Source of the DNA: an uncultured Bacilli bacterium
GTDB lineage: Bacteria; Bacillota_I; Bacilli_A; RF39; UBA660
Assembly: GCA_947629375.1 (NCBI GenBank)
Contig: CANRDN010000009.1
Location: forward strand, 209-64,208
DNA length: 64,000 bases
Direction of reading: 5' to 3'
Positions 62,095 through 64,000 of the stretch are shown here, piece after piece; the stretch's first letter is position 1, and every line of letters starts with the position of its first letter. A program made the translations under genes and the position numbers. The notes below the pieces were generated by a model that was not told where the DNA came from, did no database searches, and saw nothing but the letters and a program-made list of their open reading frames with translations.

Positions 62095-62165
62095 AAAATC
62101 CTCCCAGTCATAATGTATGCCTTTAGGCAAATATAGAACGGGCAAATGTCTAGAAGAAAAAAACT

Positions 62166-62194
62166 CTTGCTATTTTAAGTAAAACTTGCTAAAA
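62166..62194 (+). promoter_or_regulatory. sigma-A promoter TTGCTA-17 nt-TAAAAT for tRNA-His
   Basis: Hexamers with 17-nt spacing; the -10 ends 21 nt before the tRNA. Confidence 0.45.
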
Positions 62195-62215
62195 TAAAGT
62201 AGTCTTTTAAAAAGA

Positions 62216-62293
62216 TGGCGGAATTGGTGAAGTGGTTAACACGCCGGATTGTGGCTCCGGTATGCGTGAGTTCGATCCTCACATTTCGCCCCA
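62216..62293 (+). tRNA. tRNA-His (anticodon GTG) with encoded G-1 and CCA
   Basis: Folded by hand. The acceptor stem is GCGGAAT/ATTTCGC. An extra 5-prime G pairs with discriminator C. The anticodon stem CCGGA/TCCGG carries loop TTGTGGC. The T arm is GTGAG-TTCGATC-CTCAC, and the 3-prime CCA is encoded. Confidence 0.9.
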
Positions 62294-62303
62294 TTATGAA
62301 AAA

Positions 62304-62336
62304 AAATTACGGTAATATTTATCGTAATTTTTCTTT
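62304..62336. terminator. bidirectional intrinsic terminator
   Basis: AAATTACG-11 nt-CGTAATTT flanked by A7 and a T-run; it could serve both tRNA-His and the antitoxin gene. Confidence 0.55.
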
Positions 62337-62369
62337 TATGTTTTTTTTTAATAATAAAAGTATTTGTCT

Positions 62370-62657
62370 TTAGTCATCTGATAATAATGCTTTCTTTAAA
62401 TCTTCTCTATTGTCGTAACTTGGGTATTTATCGGGGGTCTTTTTCATTTCTTCGATTTCTGCTAATGCTTCTAATAATTGTTTACTAGGTGTTGGATTTA
62501 CCACTTCAAAAGGTACACCATTTTTTTTAACTACTTGGGTTAAAGCCATATTGATAAATGTACTCATATTTAAGCCTAATCCTTTTAAAATAGCAGTTGC
62601 TTCGTCTTTTATTTTTTTATCTACATTGATGTTTATAGCACTTGTCATACTAGCCAC
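62370..62657 (-). CDS. RelB/DinJ-family antitoxin-like protein (95 aa), no adjacent toxin
   Basis: NINVDKKIKDEATAILKGLGLNMSTFINMALTQVVKKNGVPFEV is the RelB/DinJ ribbon-helix-helix signature. GTG start lies 9 nt after GGGAGA. Confidence 0.7.
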   Translation of the reverse strand: MASMTSAININVDKKIKDEATAILKGLGLNMSTFINMALTQVVKKNGVPFEVVNPTPSKQLLEALAEIEEMKKTPDKYPSYDNREDLKKALLSDD

Positions 62658-62862
62658 AAAAAATCATCTCCCTTTACACTTATAATAATAGCATATACTT
62701 TAATAATATCAAGATATATCCTACATATTAACTATTTAATTACTACATTACATCTATATTATTATGCATATATTTATAATTTTGATACATATATTTATAA
62801 CATTTAGAAAAAATTTGTTTCAAATATGATATAATTTTTTTAGATATTCAATAGGAGGTTTT

Positions 62863-63705
62863 ATGGAATTATTAGATGGTAAAGTTGTTAAACAAAAAGT
62901 TTTAGAAGAAGTTAAAGAACTTGTAAGCAATTTAGAAAGACCACTTGGTCTTGCAGTTGTTCAAGTGGGGGACGATGAAGCCAGTAAAGTTTATGTAAGA
63001 CAAAAAGAAAAGATGGCTGGGGATTTAGGTTTTGATTTTAGACACGTTAAATTACCTGAAAATGTTACCGAAGAAGAATTATTAAAAGTTATAGATGAAT
63101 TAAATCTTGATGAAAATGTTGATGGAATACTTGTTCAAATGCCTGTTCCTAAACAAATTAATTCTAAAGTTATTCAAAATAGAATTTTGCCTTGTAAAGA
63201 TGTTGATGGGTTGACAGATATTAATTCCGGATGTTTAGTTCACGATAAAGATTCACTTGTACCTTGTACACCACAAGGAATTGTCGATTTATTAAAATAT
63301 TACAACATTCCAATCGAAAGCAAGAATGTCACAATAGTTGGAAGAAGTGATTTGGTAGGTAAACCACTTGCGAGTCTTATGACTAACAATAATGCTACTG
63401 TAAGTTTATGCCACTCAAAAACTAAAAACTTAGAATTCTACACATCAAATGCTGACATATTAGTAGTAGCAGTTGGTAAAGCAAAATTAATTAAAGAAGA
63501 TGCAGTCAAGGAAGGAGCCGTTATTGTCGATGTTGGAATAAATAGACAAGCAGATGGAAAACTTTGTGGAGATGTGGATTTTGATTCCGTTAAAGACAAA
63601 GTATCTTATATAACTCCTGTTCCTGGTGGAGTAGGTCAAATGACTGTTGCAGAACTTGCAAAAAATACATATAAAGCTTATACATTAAGAAAAAAATTGA
63701 AGTAA
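62863..63705 (+). CDS. folD: bifunctional methylenetetrahydrofolate dehydrogenase/cyclohydrolase
   Basis: Motifs VGDDEASKVYVRQK, GILVQMPVP, VVGRSDLVGKPL and TPVPGGVGQMT. Confidence 0.95.
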   Translation: MELLDGKVVKQKVLEEVKELVSNLERPLGLAVVQVGDDEASKVYVRQKEKMAGDLGFDFRHVKLPENVTEEELLKVIDELNLDENVDGILVQMPVPKQINSKVIQNRILPCKDVDGLTDINSGCLVHDKDSLVPCTPQGIVDLLKYYNIPIESKNVTIVGRSDLVGKPLASLMTNNNATVSLCHSKTKNLEFYTSNADILVVAVGKAKLIKEDAVKEGAVIVDVGINRQADGKLCGDVDFDSVKDKVSYITPVPGGVGQMTVAELAKNTYKAYTLRKKLK

Positions 63706-63711
63706 TATAGG

Positions 63712-63742
63712 TAGCAATTCTAGTAGGAGTTGCTATTTTTTT
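63712..63742 (+). terminator. intrinsic terminator after folD
   Basis: TAGCAA-12 nt-TTGCTA followed by T7. Confidence 0.5.
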
Positions 63743-63749
63743 GATTTTG

Positions 63750-63758
63750 TGGTATAAT
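63750..63758 (+). promoter_or_regulatory. extended -10 promoter element TGgTATAAT
   Basis: Lies upstream of the partial ORF at the window end. Confidence 0.4.
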
Positions 63759-63786
63759 ACACGCAATCAAGGGGTTAGGTGATATT

Positions 63787-64000
63787 ATGAAATTAAATGA
63801 AGCATTAATACCACATTTTACGTGTTCTACAATTCCAATGAAAGATTTAAAAGAAAAGGTTTTACTTTCTCAGAAATATTTAAAAGAAAAACCTACGTGG
63901 TATGAAATTGACGACAAATTAAAATACTTTAAAGTAAGAAATGATTATCGTCTATTTACTGAGCAATTTTTTAGTAAATTTGGTTCTCAAGTATTAGGAC
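63787..64000 (+). CDS. hypothetical protein, 5-prime partial at the window edge
   Basis: ATG after a GGTGA RBS. The frame stays open to the end of the window (MKLNEALIPHFTCSTIPMKDLKEK...). Confidence 0.4.
   Translation, partial: MKLNEALIPHFTCSTIPMKDLKEKVLLSQKYLKEKPTWYEIDDKLKYFKVRNDYRLFTEQFFSKFGSQVLG

Noticed and set aside
62216-62862. tRNA-His as the attachment site of an integrated element
   Set aside because: I found no direct repeat of the tRNA 3-prime end downstream. The only nearby non-housekeeping gene is the orphan antitoxin, and folD follows immediately.

Overview
This is a 64-kb chromosomal window from a very AT-rich, spore-forming Firmicute. EzrA, CotJ, Cse60, T-box leaders and TGnTATAAT promoters are present; it looks like Erysipelotrichia or Bacilli, but the taxon is tentative. 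No rRNA, CRISPR array, transposase, integrase or prophage is visible, and composition looks uniform. Most genes are housekeeping: ssb, pdp, two D,D-carboxypeptidases, rel, a zur-znuACB operon with a Fur-family box, desulfoferrodoxin, GH31, T-box-controlled leuS and tyrS, rpsD, ezrA, ftsY-ylxM-ffh, CBS-pyrophosphatase, ABC exporters, cotJ, tRNA-His and folD. Six things stand out. (1) A HerA/FtsK-superfamily ATPase sits between ylxM and ffh inside the SRP operon, with no nuclease or effector partner. (2) A ClpB-D1-only AAA+ ATPase is fused to a ~650-aa Q/N/G/P/M-rich tail containing five 69-bp tandem repeats and a duplicated ESLFGAPMY motif. (3) A translationally coupled pair of a zinc-ribbon/TM/TSP3-repeat protein and a TM/vWA/TSP3-repeat protein is followed by a MacB-type ABC transporter and three giant multi-module glycosyltransferases with no flippase or polymerase. 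(4) Both T-box operons carry unexpected cargo: a small 3-TM protein before leuS and a sigma-70-like gene after tyrS. (5) The Rel homologue is truncated, has a degenerate synthetase motif, and follows a leader ORF plus terminator. (6) There are several orphan ORFs, a pilin-like protein, an orphan RelB/DinJ antitoxin and a CotJA-CotJB fusion. I cannot show that any of these is a complete new system. All family calls rest on motif recognition by eye, not on database searches.
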